Shown in pieces: positions 11,171 through 22,486 of a stretch of DNA of 64,000 bases. The notes under the pieces are model-generated. The model searched no databases and was not told the origin of the DNA. It saw only the letters and a program-made list of their open reading frames with translations. Origin of the DNA: Takakia lepidozioides (lineage: Eukaryota; Plantae; Bryophyta); the NCBI GenBank assembly GCA_030704615.1, contig CM060731.1:62868001-62932000 (forward strand), given 5' to 3'. Position 1 is the stretch's first letter. Each line of letters starts with the position of its first letter. Both the position numbers and the translations under genes were made by a program.

Positions 11171-14100
11171 CCTCTTCTCAAACTTTTGGTTCCTTATGGT
11201 TGATATTCTTTGTGTGGAGTCATTGATGTGTGTTAGTGAATCACGACAGAAATGGTCTCTCTTTTTCTTGGTATTCCTTCATCCTCTTATACACACACCA
11301 CAAGAAGCTGCACAACGGGTCTATAGCCAACGTGTGTGCGCAATGCCCTGTTGATTCTCCTAACACTGAACATTGTCTGTGGTTCGCTGCATACATCTCT
11401 AATGACCCACCTCAAGTTGGTCTGCCTCCCTGATGCGTCATGACCGAAGGCAGTGTTCTCCACAATGTAGAATTGTTAAGGTAGAGTTTTGTTGAAGTTT
11501 GCACCAATGTCAAGTTCTTATGTTAATGCTCATTGCAGAAGTTGCAATGATGGGAGTGAGTGTAATAGTTTTGAAGTGGGAAGGACCCAGGGGTCTTATT
11601 TGAGCTAGCATATAATTTTCTTATGGTACCTGTTCCATATTTTTGAGGAGGCCTTGGGTGTAAATTAGTTAGTAGTAGGTAGTAAGTTGGAGCGGAGAGG
11701 CCTAGACCCTCCCTTATATACCCTCTCAGGACGGGGGGCCCAGCTGTCTGTCCCCTTCGCCCGCCTTCTAGAATTCCCACAATGGACGCCTAGAGATGTG
11801 GCTGGACACACGTCTTCATCCAATCGCCCTCCTGCTTCGCTCCATTGCACCCTTTCCTACATCCCTATTGGTCGCTCCAATCGTCTCTCTTGTTTGACCT
11901 TCAAATTCTCCCCCAACTGATGTTGGGTACTTACCCACTTCGTGTTTGCCTTTGTAATTGACCATATTTCTATGTAATGCAGTCCACATCAGCCACAAGA
12001 TTTGGGCCTTGAATGTGTGAACATGATGCCCATAGAATAGACGATGTTTATTTTGTTTTATATACCTGTTAAGTCTTACCTCTTCCTTGCTGCTTTGATG
12101 ATTATACCCCTTAGTTCATCTTTGCAAATGGTAGATTGATAGTGGTATACAAGAAATAATAGAGATTTTCGAGATTTCGGTTGTTTGCATTATTAGTTCA
12201 ACGACTTTCTTCGCACATGTGCGCATGTGCAGCAGAAAACAAACTTGTTGGAAGCCCAAACGTCTATGTCCTTGTAGCCTTCTGTACGAAAGAGTTTCTG
12301 GTGCTTTACAAAAGGCTCAACCTCTCTATCTGCAGAGGTTGCTGGGGCAACTTCATCTCGCCTCCCGGCATTTTATGACCCATCCTTTTTCCTCTTGTCT
12401 GACCTTCTTCAGGCTGGAGGTGATACTAGAATAGTTTGATTTCTTTTTGCTAATATATCTAGGTCTATAAGATTTTGCTTTTCCTTTTTGGGACAGTTTT
12501 TTTTGACGTAGGTGTAACTATTTTCGGTTTCCTAACATAATTTGGATGGATGGATTATTCTTCATGCACATACCAACTATATTCTTGTCCAAAATATATT
12601 CGTAGAGAAAAACGTCATCCACATCTTTTTGTTACCACCCCTGCCCGGCCGGAGCGGGCTGTTGATCTTCATGGCCACGGTTATAAAAGAGATTTCTGCG
12701 TGGCTGTGGATGATCAGAAGAGGATCGGAATATGAAGTGTCCGACTCATACCAAGGCCACACAGGTCAGCACGCAAGGTTGTTAGAGCGTCCCTAGACTG
12801 GCGCCCCTATGTCCGGGCAACCGAGTTCTCCGTCGTAGAGAGAGATGCGTTACGGACGTTCCGGAAACGTATCATAGAGGTCCACGCGTCCTATGTTATT
12901 TTCACGTGTGTTGTGTGCAGTTGGATTATCCAGCATTTTGGGCCGTTGGATTACATACCATCTCAATGACTCATGGTTTGCCATCTGTTCAATGGATTGT
13001 GGAAGGGCAGCCTATGTGGCCGCAACACAGCCGCCGTCCAGCAACGTCGTGGGGCCTGCGTTCAAGAACTCTGGGTCCGGGCCTGCACCTGCAAGGCCTG
13101 GGCATCATACCTAGGCCACACATGACGGATGTGTTGCCTCAACGCGGTTCCCATAACTGGCGCATAGCGGTGTCAGGCCGTTCCTAAATGCCCAGCCAGG
13201 CGTCCGCTTGACGTAGTTTTCTAACGCAAGAGAACCTAGGTCATGGACCTGCGTTCTAGTGCGTACCTTGAATGGTGGAGCCTGTAGTAGGACGCCACCA
13301 ACGTGGGAAGCCCATGAGAGAAGGAAAAGAAGGAAATAATGTTATCCGGACATCACCCTTTGCCTTGTTGGATCCAAGCAACCAATCCCTGCTGTTGAAA
13401 CTGGGTTCCACCAAGGAAGCATGGGGCTTGTGTGGCCCCTCCCCTTGCAACGTTGGGAAGACGCCATTCTCCGTAATGCATCCTGCCAGCGGTGTATTAC
13501 CTATCGTCTTCCTCCGATCGATCCGTTCTCTACCATCAATCCCCTGGGGGCACATTTTAGCTTCTTGTCAGAAAATGCCAGCAAGCAGATGCATGCATCG
13601 TGGATATACTAAAGTGTGTGGTGTGTACCTGAGGTAGGCTGTATATGGATGTCACGAGGAGCGGTGTGCCACAGTTCTATCTCTGGCCCACAAAAGAGAG
13701 AATAACAGCACAACGAACTCCTGCGGCATCTTTGCAATACGACATGAACAGCGGAGACATTCAACCGTTGCTACTTAGTCCTCACACCAGCCTTCTCTGG
13801 GGAAAGATGTTTTCGGAGGTTGCCGGATTACTGATCCTGGAATAATGGCCAGCAAGCTTTGCAGGCAATGCCCCAATTTGCAGCTGCCTCCTCGAAATAG
13901 AGAGCATATTCTTTTGACGCGTTTTTTTAGCATAGATACCTACTGTTGATTTTTGAAAGCTACCTCTGATCCAGAGTCAGGCTTAACGCACGTCAGTAAT
14001 GAGTGCACATGAACGTTGTCACGATTGAAGTCTGTCACTGGTCCAAGGCTCGTCCTAGTGATGTCACTGTATTTGAAATTGAGGATGTTTTGTGAATATT

Positions 14101-14632
14101 CCCTTGAACACTTAGCTGACGAGATGGAGCCTGTACAGTAGCTTTGTAACGGTCCTACCCTTCTCCACGTTGACTTATCCTGGCTGACCTGGGTAGGCTG
14201 CCGGCACAATTTCCTCTGCAGTGGATCAGGTCGTCGTATCCGTCGCCCTATAAATCTGTAGCGAACCTGCATGGTGGTGCTAGGTATCACTTGTCTCCAG
14301 CTACAGGTTTTGGGAAGGGGGCTTGAACTCAGCCATCTCAATCCGGCAACTCGTCTTGCAACCCATTGTCTTCTCTCCAGGTATGCTGTAGTTGGCTGGA
14401 CCACAACACATTGGAGGATTAGGTGTTCGATGTGTCTGGGTGGGTGTGATTCAAATGTAGCTTGTGTTGGTGGGATGGCAACGTCATGGTGAGAACAGAA
14501 TGCCGAATCATGAATGCTCGTCTCTGCAAAACCCGTTTGTATGCTAGTGTGGAGTCGGTTGCCCAAATATTGACAGTGTGGATCCGATACAGAGAAATGA
14601 AATGGTACTCTTTTTGTTCGTGTGCTTACGGG

Positions 14633-14634
14633 GT

Positions 14635-14699
<65 letters not shown>
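14633..14699. repeat. Compound (GT)n(GA)n microsatellite
   Basis: Directly visible. The paralogous position in copy B is (GA)n only. Confidence 0.95.
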
Positions 14700-14701
<2 letters not shown>

Positions 14702-15126
14702 TCGATGATATCTATCCAAGTGCATTCAAGTTAAAATTGAATCCCCTCGCTCTGCTGATTCCCCCTTAGACAATGCGATTGTCCAGTTGATATCTCCCGT
14801 ATGAGCTGCTTGCTCCTTCCCAAGTTGGAGGAAAATATGGACCTGTGTGTCATTATATCAGCTAGGCGGCAGCTGAACACATATACCTAGGAGGTTTTGA
14901 AAAACTGACAAGAGTGGATTCTTTCCAATATTGCATGCCCAACGTTTCCAGGTCCTGGGGGGTCTCACCGCCTGTCTCTGAGCCCCCTTCCGCATTGCTC
15001 CAGATTTTGTCAGACTTTACAGTTTGTGGCATTTTAACTGTGAAGTTCTTCGGACCTCTTGTTGAGTTGTTCTGATTTTGTTTCGATCTTCGGCGCAGAT
15101 AACAATTCACCAACGCTCTGATAGAA

Positions 15127-15738
15127 ATGGCCCGACAAATTGTACAGCTTCTGGCGTTGTTCGCTCTGGTATACGTAGCACAGGCCTCAGACCCGGAGCT
15201 GACCACTGACTTCTTCGTGCCTGCTGGTACCAGTGTCACAAATGTCACCGGCCAGTATTTCACCTTCGTTGGCTTGAGAGGAGGAGGCGTGCCACCCGTC
15301 GCACCAGCTAAGTTTGCTATAACCAAAGTCAATAGTGAAAACTTCGTGGCTCTCACAGGCCTGGGCGTCTCATCGGCCCTTCTCACCTACCTGCCTGGCG
15401 GAATCAACCCACCCCATACCCACCCCAGAGGAACTGAGTTGTTGTACGTTCTTAAGGGGACTTTACATGTGGGTTTGGTCGACACTGCCAACAAGCTGTT
15501 CACTCAGACCCTCTTAGCTGGTGATCTCTTTGTGTTCCCCAAGGGATTGGTTCATTTCCAAATCAACTTGGGCTCCAAGACAGCCAAGGCATATGCCGCC
15601 TTCAGTAGCTCAAGCCCCGGCACAGTTTCTCTCCCTGCCACACTTTTTGAGTCTGGCATCTCTGATAAAGTTCTTGAGACAGCCTTCAAAGTAGGACATC
15701 CTGTCATTGAGCAATTGGAGGCTCCTTTCAAGAAGTAG
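15127..15738 (+). CDS. GLP: Germin-like protein (cupin_1), intronless, secreted
   Basis: 203 aa with a hydrophobic signal peptide. Germin boxes GINPPHTHPRGTE and GDLFVFPKGLVHFQ retain the H/H/E/H metal ligands. Confidence 0.95.
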   Translation: MARQIVQLLALFALVYVAQASDPELTTDFFVPAGTSVTNVTGQYFTFVGLRGGGVPPVAPAKFAITKVNSENFVALTGLGVSSALLTYLPGGINPPHTHPRGTELLYVLKGTLHVGLVDTANKLFTQTLLAGDLFVFPKGLVHFQINLGSKTAKAYAAFSSSSPGTVSLPATLFESGISDKVLETAFKVGHPVIEQLEAPFKK

Positions 15739-15749
15739 AGTTAGAACTA

Positions 15750-15820
15750 TGATCTTTGTAGGTTCTGAACATGCAGCTCGGCTGTAAATTTTTAGGGATG
15801 TTCAGAACCTACAAAGATCA
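15750..15820. other. Perfect 23-bp inverted repeat (25-nt loop) in the GLP 3' UTR
   Basis: tgatctttgtaggttctgaacat (15750-15772) and atgttcagaacctacaaagatca (15798-15820) are exact reverse complements. Confidence 0.9.
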
Positions 15821-16496
15821 GTGTCGTGAAGGATGGGAAACCCCCCCACAAAAACTCTCCGTCATTCTGATGTTTCAATCAATAAAAGACTTGTTTAAGC
15901 CTGTATCTTTTCACCTGGAGCCCAGTAAAATGCAAGTGCTCAAGGTTGATGCTTAGTCCTAGTAGTTGTGTGGTATGCTGCTTTCAATGTGCAGAATGGT
16001 TGCTTGATATAGACAATCTCTGTTGTGGACCAAAGTTCACCTACTTCATATGCCTGTCTCTAGAAGTGTGAACATATCAATCAAGTTGATTGCACAGATA
16101 GTTCACACAAACAGTTTCATATTTCTGCAAGTGTGGGGTAGGTTTCAGGGTTCAATGTTTCAAGATAATTGCATGTTGAAGCTGGCCAATTTCACCCCAC
16201 TTCTAGATCTCTTATCCCGTTGATTGCACAGCAGTCCCTTATAAGGTCATATGCACAAAGCATCTGGTCTTGCTAGGGACACGTAGACAGGGGACGATAT
16301 GCAGATAGCCTGGAAGAGCTGGCGGATGCACTGGACTTGAGTTTTTTAATAGACTTGGAGACCAAGAGGGATTATCAGGATAATGCAATGCTCAATATTC
16401 TTCAATGGCGAATGCGTGCAGCAGACAGGTTTGGTAAATTGTTTTGTTGTCTCATCTGAAGATTCAAAGTGTGCAAGTATATTTGAACTACCATAA

Positions 16497-17225
16497 TGAG
16501 ATGGGGTCATGTATTGTAAGCGGTTGCCATAAATCTCCACAGGAGCTGAACCCTAGGTCATGAACAACTCAGGGACTCACTTCCAGTTCAAAGGTTCTCT
16601 AAGGACAGTTGTTGTGGTATGGAAAGTTTTGTATGCATACAAAGATATGGAGATTACTGTGGTAAGAAGGTTGTGCATGACGCAATTGGGAATGACGTGT
16701 AAATCTTGCGCCCTTCATCTTTCATACATCTGTGTGAATACAACACATGGGTTCTTCAAATGGGAGACCTTAGAAACTGGTTCATTGATATCCTTTTCAT
16801 AAGCTTGTTGGGCGTCTTGTTACTTAGCTATAGCATTTTCCGCAAATTTCCTAGCTATGGTTTCGGAAGGGGTGTTGTCCAAGTAATGGTTGCTGGAGTA
16901 TCCTTTCTCTGGATATAGTACCTAAGAGGTATAAAGGAGGAAAACCCACAAATGCTGAAAGAATCAGTTGGGTATCTTTATTCAGAAGCAGAAGGTAGAA
17001 ATGCTTAGGTACACAGTTCTCAATTTTTTTTTTCTGGGGCTGGATGTGGTATGCAGGGAAGTGGTTCCGTCTTGATTTACAGTAGGGGGATTTACAGTCT
17101 AAGATGGCTGGCATACTGCTACTTCCAAAAGCGGGTGTACATCTTACAGAGAGCTGTATGGCTAATTTCCTCAAGAACATATGGTAGATTTGGCTTTACT
17201 CAAAGGTACACATATAGCAGCAACT
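16497..17225 (+). mobile_element. Copy-A-specific segment, probably a degenerate L1-type LINE 3' region (zf-RVT-like)
   Basis: Absent from duplication copy B. 'VWKVLY...CKSC...NTTHGFF' loosely fits the zf-RVT spacing. Confidence 0.35.
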
Positions 17226-17829
17226 CAGTGCTTGATGTGTGATGGGTTCCCTGGCACGAAGGTAGTCTTGAAATAAGAAATGGCACTGGTTCATCACACT
17301 GGGTATCAGAACTAGACTTTCAGAAGCTAAGAGTCCATTGACGTGCTACATAGTCAGGAAATGCCTATGGAAAAAATGTTTGTGTGAAGGGGATGTTTTC
17401 TAATTTCAACCTGTTTGCAATGAGCATCATCAAAGCCAATGACGGTGTCCACTAGATTAATATGTAGCTCTTGTGCCTGTGCCTACCTGTGACTGCTTTC
17501 AGATCCAAAGGAAAGGGTGTGCTGCCCAAATGTGGGTAACGTCCTGACAACTGTTGGCCGCACAACACCACTACAATCACTCACAACAATCTAAGAGACA
17601 ACAACATCACATCTAAGAGCAACACACAATACCGAGGAGTAAGACAAATTGCTGCAGGTTTGAAGTTTGAACGTCATTGCGTTTGGGCCAGTTAATGCAC
17701 AAATAAAGAAGTTCAGGGAACAGTCAATGCCGAATCCCTACAGTCACATAAAAGCCAGACAGGACAACTCCCTGGGAGTCAAAATAGAGTTGTCCTGCAA
17801 ATCTCTTCCACTGCCGATTCGCCAATCAA

Positions 17830-17985
17830 TTCTAGCTACGACCGAAGGTCGGAAGCTACTTTAGCGTAGAGCTGCCATGGTGCCACGTCATCTCCACCAC
17901 GTCATCCTTGCGGTCATCCTCGCCACGTCATCGTAGCCACGTTTCTTAGACACGTCATTGTAGCCTGGTCATCGTCGTCGTCAAT
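17830..17985 (+). repeat. Dispersed repeat with tandem (C)CACGTCAT motifs (copy 2), at the duplication breakpoint
   Basis: Four cacgtcat motifs plus variants and a small hairpin cgaccgaaggtcg. Homologous to 3860-3975 (minus). Confidence 0.65.
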
Positions 17986-18119
17986 TTCTTTGGAACCTGC
18001 CCAAAATGGCGGAAAGGTGTCGTGCAAGCGCGGGGATGACGATGCCTCCACATCCTGCATTGTCCCCCGAGTTCTTCGAAGACAGATACCTACCTAGGGC
18101 CTAAGTCTTGCGAAGCTGC

Positions 18120-18574
18120 AAGCAAAGGTAGGAAAGATGATGGAGGATGCAGGTGTGAGAAAGGAGCTAGGGCATAGCTGCATTGAGGTGGAGACCCAGG
18201 TGTATGCGTTCTGTGTAGATGACAAATCACATCCACAAATTGAGAAAATACATGCTAAGCGGAGGAGATTGTCTTTGCATTTAAGGGAGGCTGGATAGGT
18301 GTCGGACACACGCTTTGTGTTGCATGATGTGGAGGAGGAGACAAAGGAAATTTCTCTTTGCCACCACAACGAAATACTGGCCATTTCCTTTGGGCTAGTG
18401 AGCACTTCCCCTGGGACGCCGCTCTACATCACCAAAAATCTTCCGGTTTGTGGTGACTGCCAGACTGTCACCAAGTTCATCTCAAAGATTGTTGACCGAA
18501 CAATTGTTGCACGGGACGCAAACCCCTTTCACCACTTCCAAGACGGGGTTTGTTCTTGTGCGGATTACTGGTGA
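18120..18574 (+). pseudogene. PPR E+/DYW deaminase domain fragment
   Basis: 'KMMEDAGVRKELGHSCIEV...SHPQ...[16 protein letters not shown]...HHNEILAI...KNLPVCGDC...[15 protein letters not shown]'. There is an in-frame TAG at 18296-18298 and no attached PPR array. Confidence 0.9.
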
Positions 18575-19074
18575 AACTCCAGTGGCTGGCAGAAGTGTGA
18601 GGGGGAGTTGAAACAAGAGGGAAGAAATGACTCCATGGTAGGCCCAAAGTTAAGTGACAAGCAGCTTGTGGCACAAGAGAGGAGAACTGTGAACCTTGGC
18701 TTTATCATGTCCAGGCGAGGCTTGAGAAAAAGTGACACACAGATGCAGAGAGTGTACTTGAAAAAGCCCGTCGTGACAGTGATCAAGAGCTCTCCCGTAC
18801 ATCTTCTGCGTTCAAATGCAGGTTGGGCATGAGCAAATCATGACTGAGCTGGTGTTGTTCTTCTGGTGTTTGTTTGGCACAAGATTACCTATGATCCCTC
18901 GTGGATCAATAGCTACAAGAAACCTGCATGGGTAGCCGAAGCAGCAGCTGCACAATTGATAAAATCGGGCATTGCTAATGAAGGCACCTTCTTCAACACA
19001 TTTCACCCTGTTTTCCCCTCTTATCAGAATCGGCCCTAAATTTCCATGTTTAATTCTGCAAGTTAGTTGGTTGA

Positions 19075-19350
19075 GTGAACCTTTGTTGGCAGGATTTACC
19101 AAGCAAGGGTGTGGTACAAATGCTTTGGAGACCTATGAGCAAATGATGCACGAAGGGGTTTGTTTATGTCTGCAATGCGTGTGCAAGCCTGGGAGCCCTG
19201 GAAAAGGGGAAAGAGGTCCATGGTGACATCGTCAAAGCTGGAATTGCACCAGATGTCATTCTGAACAATGCCTTGGTGGACATGTATGCCAAATGTGGGT
19301 GCATTAAGGATGCAAAGGCAGTTTTCAACAATATGGCCCGAAATGCCCGA
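19075..19350 (+). pseudogene. PLS PPR repeat fragment (frameshifted)
   Basis: 'LLAGFTKQGCGTNALETYEQMMHEG' is followed, after a frameshift, by 'NACASLGALEKGKEVHGDIVKAGIAPDVILNNALVDMYAKCGCIKDAKAVF'. Confidence 0.85.
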
Positions 19351-20187
19351 ATATAACCAGGAGAGGTGTCTTGCAGCACAGGGAGGGGATGATGATGTCC
19401 CCGCGACCTTGACATCTCCCAGTCCTGCGTTGCTTTTCATGATAGAGTATGTGTTACCTGTGCGCTGTTTTGGTTTGGTTAGCTGCCCGACCCTTGAATT
19501 CTGATCTTGACTTTTTTTGACAAAATGAGAGGATAGATTAGTCAACTTTATCGTGCCGTTACAAAGCAGAATGCATTCCACTTGGTGGAATACACCCTAG
19601 CATCAGCTCCATCGAGTGCATTCCGGAATGCAGAATGCACCGGCCATTGGCATTTCTTTACGTAGGGTAATCCCCCTCGTGTGGGGCATTACCCGTAACC
19701 CTATACTTCAGCAATTGGTGATCTTCAATGAAATGAAGGAGGCCCAAAATGTTTTAGAGAAGTTGGAGTTATTTAAAATATATATATTTTAAAGGAGAAT
19801 TCATGACCTGCCCTTACACATGACCAACCGTGGGTTCAGGGTCGAGGCCCTTTCTAAACCGAAAAAAAAAAAAAAAAAAAAAAAACCGTGGGGCTTCTAT
19901 AACAACAAACCCTTTATAGCATGTGATGACGTGAGAATCCCCCCATGTTCCCAATACGACACGATCTCTAGAAAACATCCACATCGAAGCTCACCTCATG
20001 CAGCCTCTCATTTTAAGATAATAGGGTCTTCAATGGGCACGTGCGATGTGGCCGGTGGGCCCCGCGCACGGACGCCCGGCTCCCCAGCACCCCCCCGCCT
20101 CGCCCAGCCGCGGGCGCGGCTGCAGCAACCGCGCCCGCGCCCCCGTCCGCCGCGCGGCCAGTCCCCCGCCCATGAGTCCGCTGCCCT

Positions 20188-22486
20188 CTAGTCTGCCAGT
20201 CCGCTGCTGGCTAGTCTACTGCCCAGCAGTCTGCCAGTCCGCCAGTCTGCCCGCCAGTCCAGTGCTGGCCAGGCGTCATCCACCACAAACTTCTGTAAAT
20301 GGTCTGTTCCATGGAGTAAGTCCATCCTCAAACTATGCAGATCCTTCATCAACTTGTTGTATGAGCGGAAATTGCCAAATTGCATCCATCTGTGTTGTAG
20401 GAAGGAAGCTGCCATGCGCTCAAAGTCCTCCTCAGTCAATCCGAACAAGTGTTTTCTTCGCACCCCAAAGGTTGGATGTGCCATAGGCATATGTCTGAGG
20501 TCTTCAGGCCGTGGGTCATCCATGAGAATCAGCTGCACAAGTGGACGCGGCGCATTTTGGTCGCTTGTGGCTTCAATGGCAACAGTAGAGGCGGCTTCTA
20601 GAACATAGTTGGCTTCCTCAATAGAAAACTCCATGGAATAATGAAAGGGTACAAATGACCATCGGCGGTCCGCAATAATCCGGTGGAGCTCATTATGCCA
20701 ATCCAAATAGGGATTAATTTCTCCCACCCTAAGCCGGGGAAGTGTGAGGTCTTCAGCTCCGGGTCGAATTACCGGTGATGACGATTGCCAAACTGCAAAA
20801 AGCGCCGTGCTATGTGAGAGAAAGGCAGTCTGCTGGTCAGTCTGTTGGATGACAGAACTTCCCATTGGCATGGGCTGCATGATGGGCTCCTGGAGAGGAG
20901 TCTGCAGAATGACAGGCTGCTCGTTGGGAGTCTGCTCCGTTGGAGTCTGCTGGATGACGGCCTGCTGAATGGGAGTCTGCTGGATGGCAGACTCGGCTGT
21001 CCCAGACGCATTCCCCCCCGACGCGTCTTGATTATGTAATACCGCTATAGCAGTAGATGACCTAGGATACTTCAATAATATGTACTCTCGCACGCGGTCC
21101 ACTTCCGCACGCACTGCAGTCGCTTGTAAAGGAGCATCATTGCTAGGTATCCGCCAAACCTGAATGGCCCTACGAATAGAAACACGTTCATCCTAGTACA
21201 TGGCAGAGAACTTGGACATCAGGAACATGGACGTGGACTCTATATTCACCTCATGCAGCGGACTGGACTCACAGACCAGCAGACTGTAACGTGCGTACGT
21301 AGGGTGGAGGCAACTAGTAGACTATATCAGTGGACTGGACCAGCGGACTGACAAACGGACTCAGTAAGTAATGCAGCGATATAAAACAGACTAACTGACG
21401 AGCGGAGTGAGCCAGCGGACTGAGGAGAGAACGCAACGGACTGACCAGACTGAATAGGCAACGTGACCCCGATGATGGACTCAAACAACACAGAAAACAG
21501 ACTAGGCGGTCAGACTGACCATTACCTCCTCTACTTCATCATCGTCATCTTCATCTTCAAAGCTGTTCAACCAGTTCTATTCCGCCTGTCGGATGAATGT
21601 GCGTAGTAGACCTGACTGGGCAACTCTGTAGAAATAACGGAAGAAGTCTGGATCCCCAATTGGTGGGCACTCTGGTGGGAAAAGCCCAAAGTCAACGAGG
21701 CGCAATGTGCCAGGGCAGACTGGCCCTTCAGTGCTCTGTTGAGTTTTTGGTTTTGACCCTAAACCGATGGCATGGGTCGCGATATTTGTGTGAGTCTGCT
21801 GCCGAGTCTGGTCAGGCAAGTCAATGTCCACTGGACTTGTCACCCCTTCCAGGCCCTGGAGCAGATTCACTTTCAGTATCAGTACTGATGGTGTGGGTCT
21901 GCCGCCCAGGACGGGGTTACGTCTGTTGCGTGGATTTTGCCCTTGCCTCGCGAGCAGACCTTGTAGCCTTCTCCTTTTTTTGCCTCTCCTTTTTTTGGGC
22001 CCCATCACTCAGTTTACGTTTTCTGGGAGCATCCAGCGTTCCCTGCACTTGCAAATCCTCCATTGACGGGCCACCAGAATGGACGCCATACCGTGCGTGC
22101 ACTTCGTCTAATTCCAAAGTGCGGGGGTCAAGCACTGATCCGCGCAAGCGCATTGTGGCCTCTTTGACAATCGACATTTCTTTCAGTATCGGCCAAGGCT
22201 TGAAATCCCGTGGAATCATTACAACAGTCTCCTTGCAACCCGTGTCAACACAATGCCGATTTAGTTGGATTTTGTCCTTGATAACCTCTTCACAAAAGGG
22301 ACAGAAGAGCTTGTCCTTCTGCCAATTCGAGTTTTTGGGCTTCCGGGCGCGCAGGTCTACAAATGCTTCCACTATTTGATGATCAAACTCGTCTGGTGAG
22401 TACCAATACCTTCGCTCATTTTTCAGTCTGGTTTGGTGCACAAAATCCACCCAATCCGCTCCACCCTTTTCACGAGCATCCTCCAT
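20188..22486 (-). pseudogene. MULE-borne gene of unknown function: C2HC zinc finger, basic NLS, acidic tract, QQTP repeats (disrupted)
   Basis: ORF pieces at 21917-22486 (FCPFCEEVIKDKIQLNRHCVDTGC; PRKRK...KKERQKKEK), 21577-22008, an acidic EDEDDDDEVEE before a GT donor at ~21525, and 20188-21160. One frameshift and one stop interrupt them. Confidence 0.55.

Larger units (their letters stand above)
14183..17817 (+). repeat. Segmental duplication copy A (germin locus plus flanks)
   Basis: Colinear with 32502-35488 from cctgggtag(g/c)ctgc through atctcttccactgc. Copy A has about 720 bp extra (~16497-17225). Confidence 0.92.

Noticed and set aside
11560-13830. Possible LTR or retroelement remnant (TATA-like cccttatata block loosely resembling ~43070-43130)
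   Set aside because: No paired LTR, PBS or recognisable pol motif could be established.
13940-14769. Long ORFs with SLSL/ERER/HTHT runs (also 32766-33103)
   Set aside because: These are artefacts of GA/GT microsatellites, with no recognisable domain.
18299-18574. Stand-alone functional DYW deaminase gene
   Set aside because: It has a GTG start, an in-frame stop immediately upstream within the homologous region, and substitutions in conserved positions (HSE to HNE, NLR to NLP, DCH to DCQ). Treated as a pseudogene.
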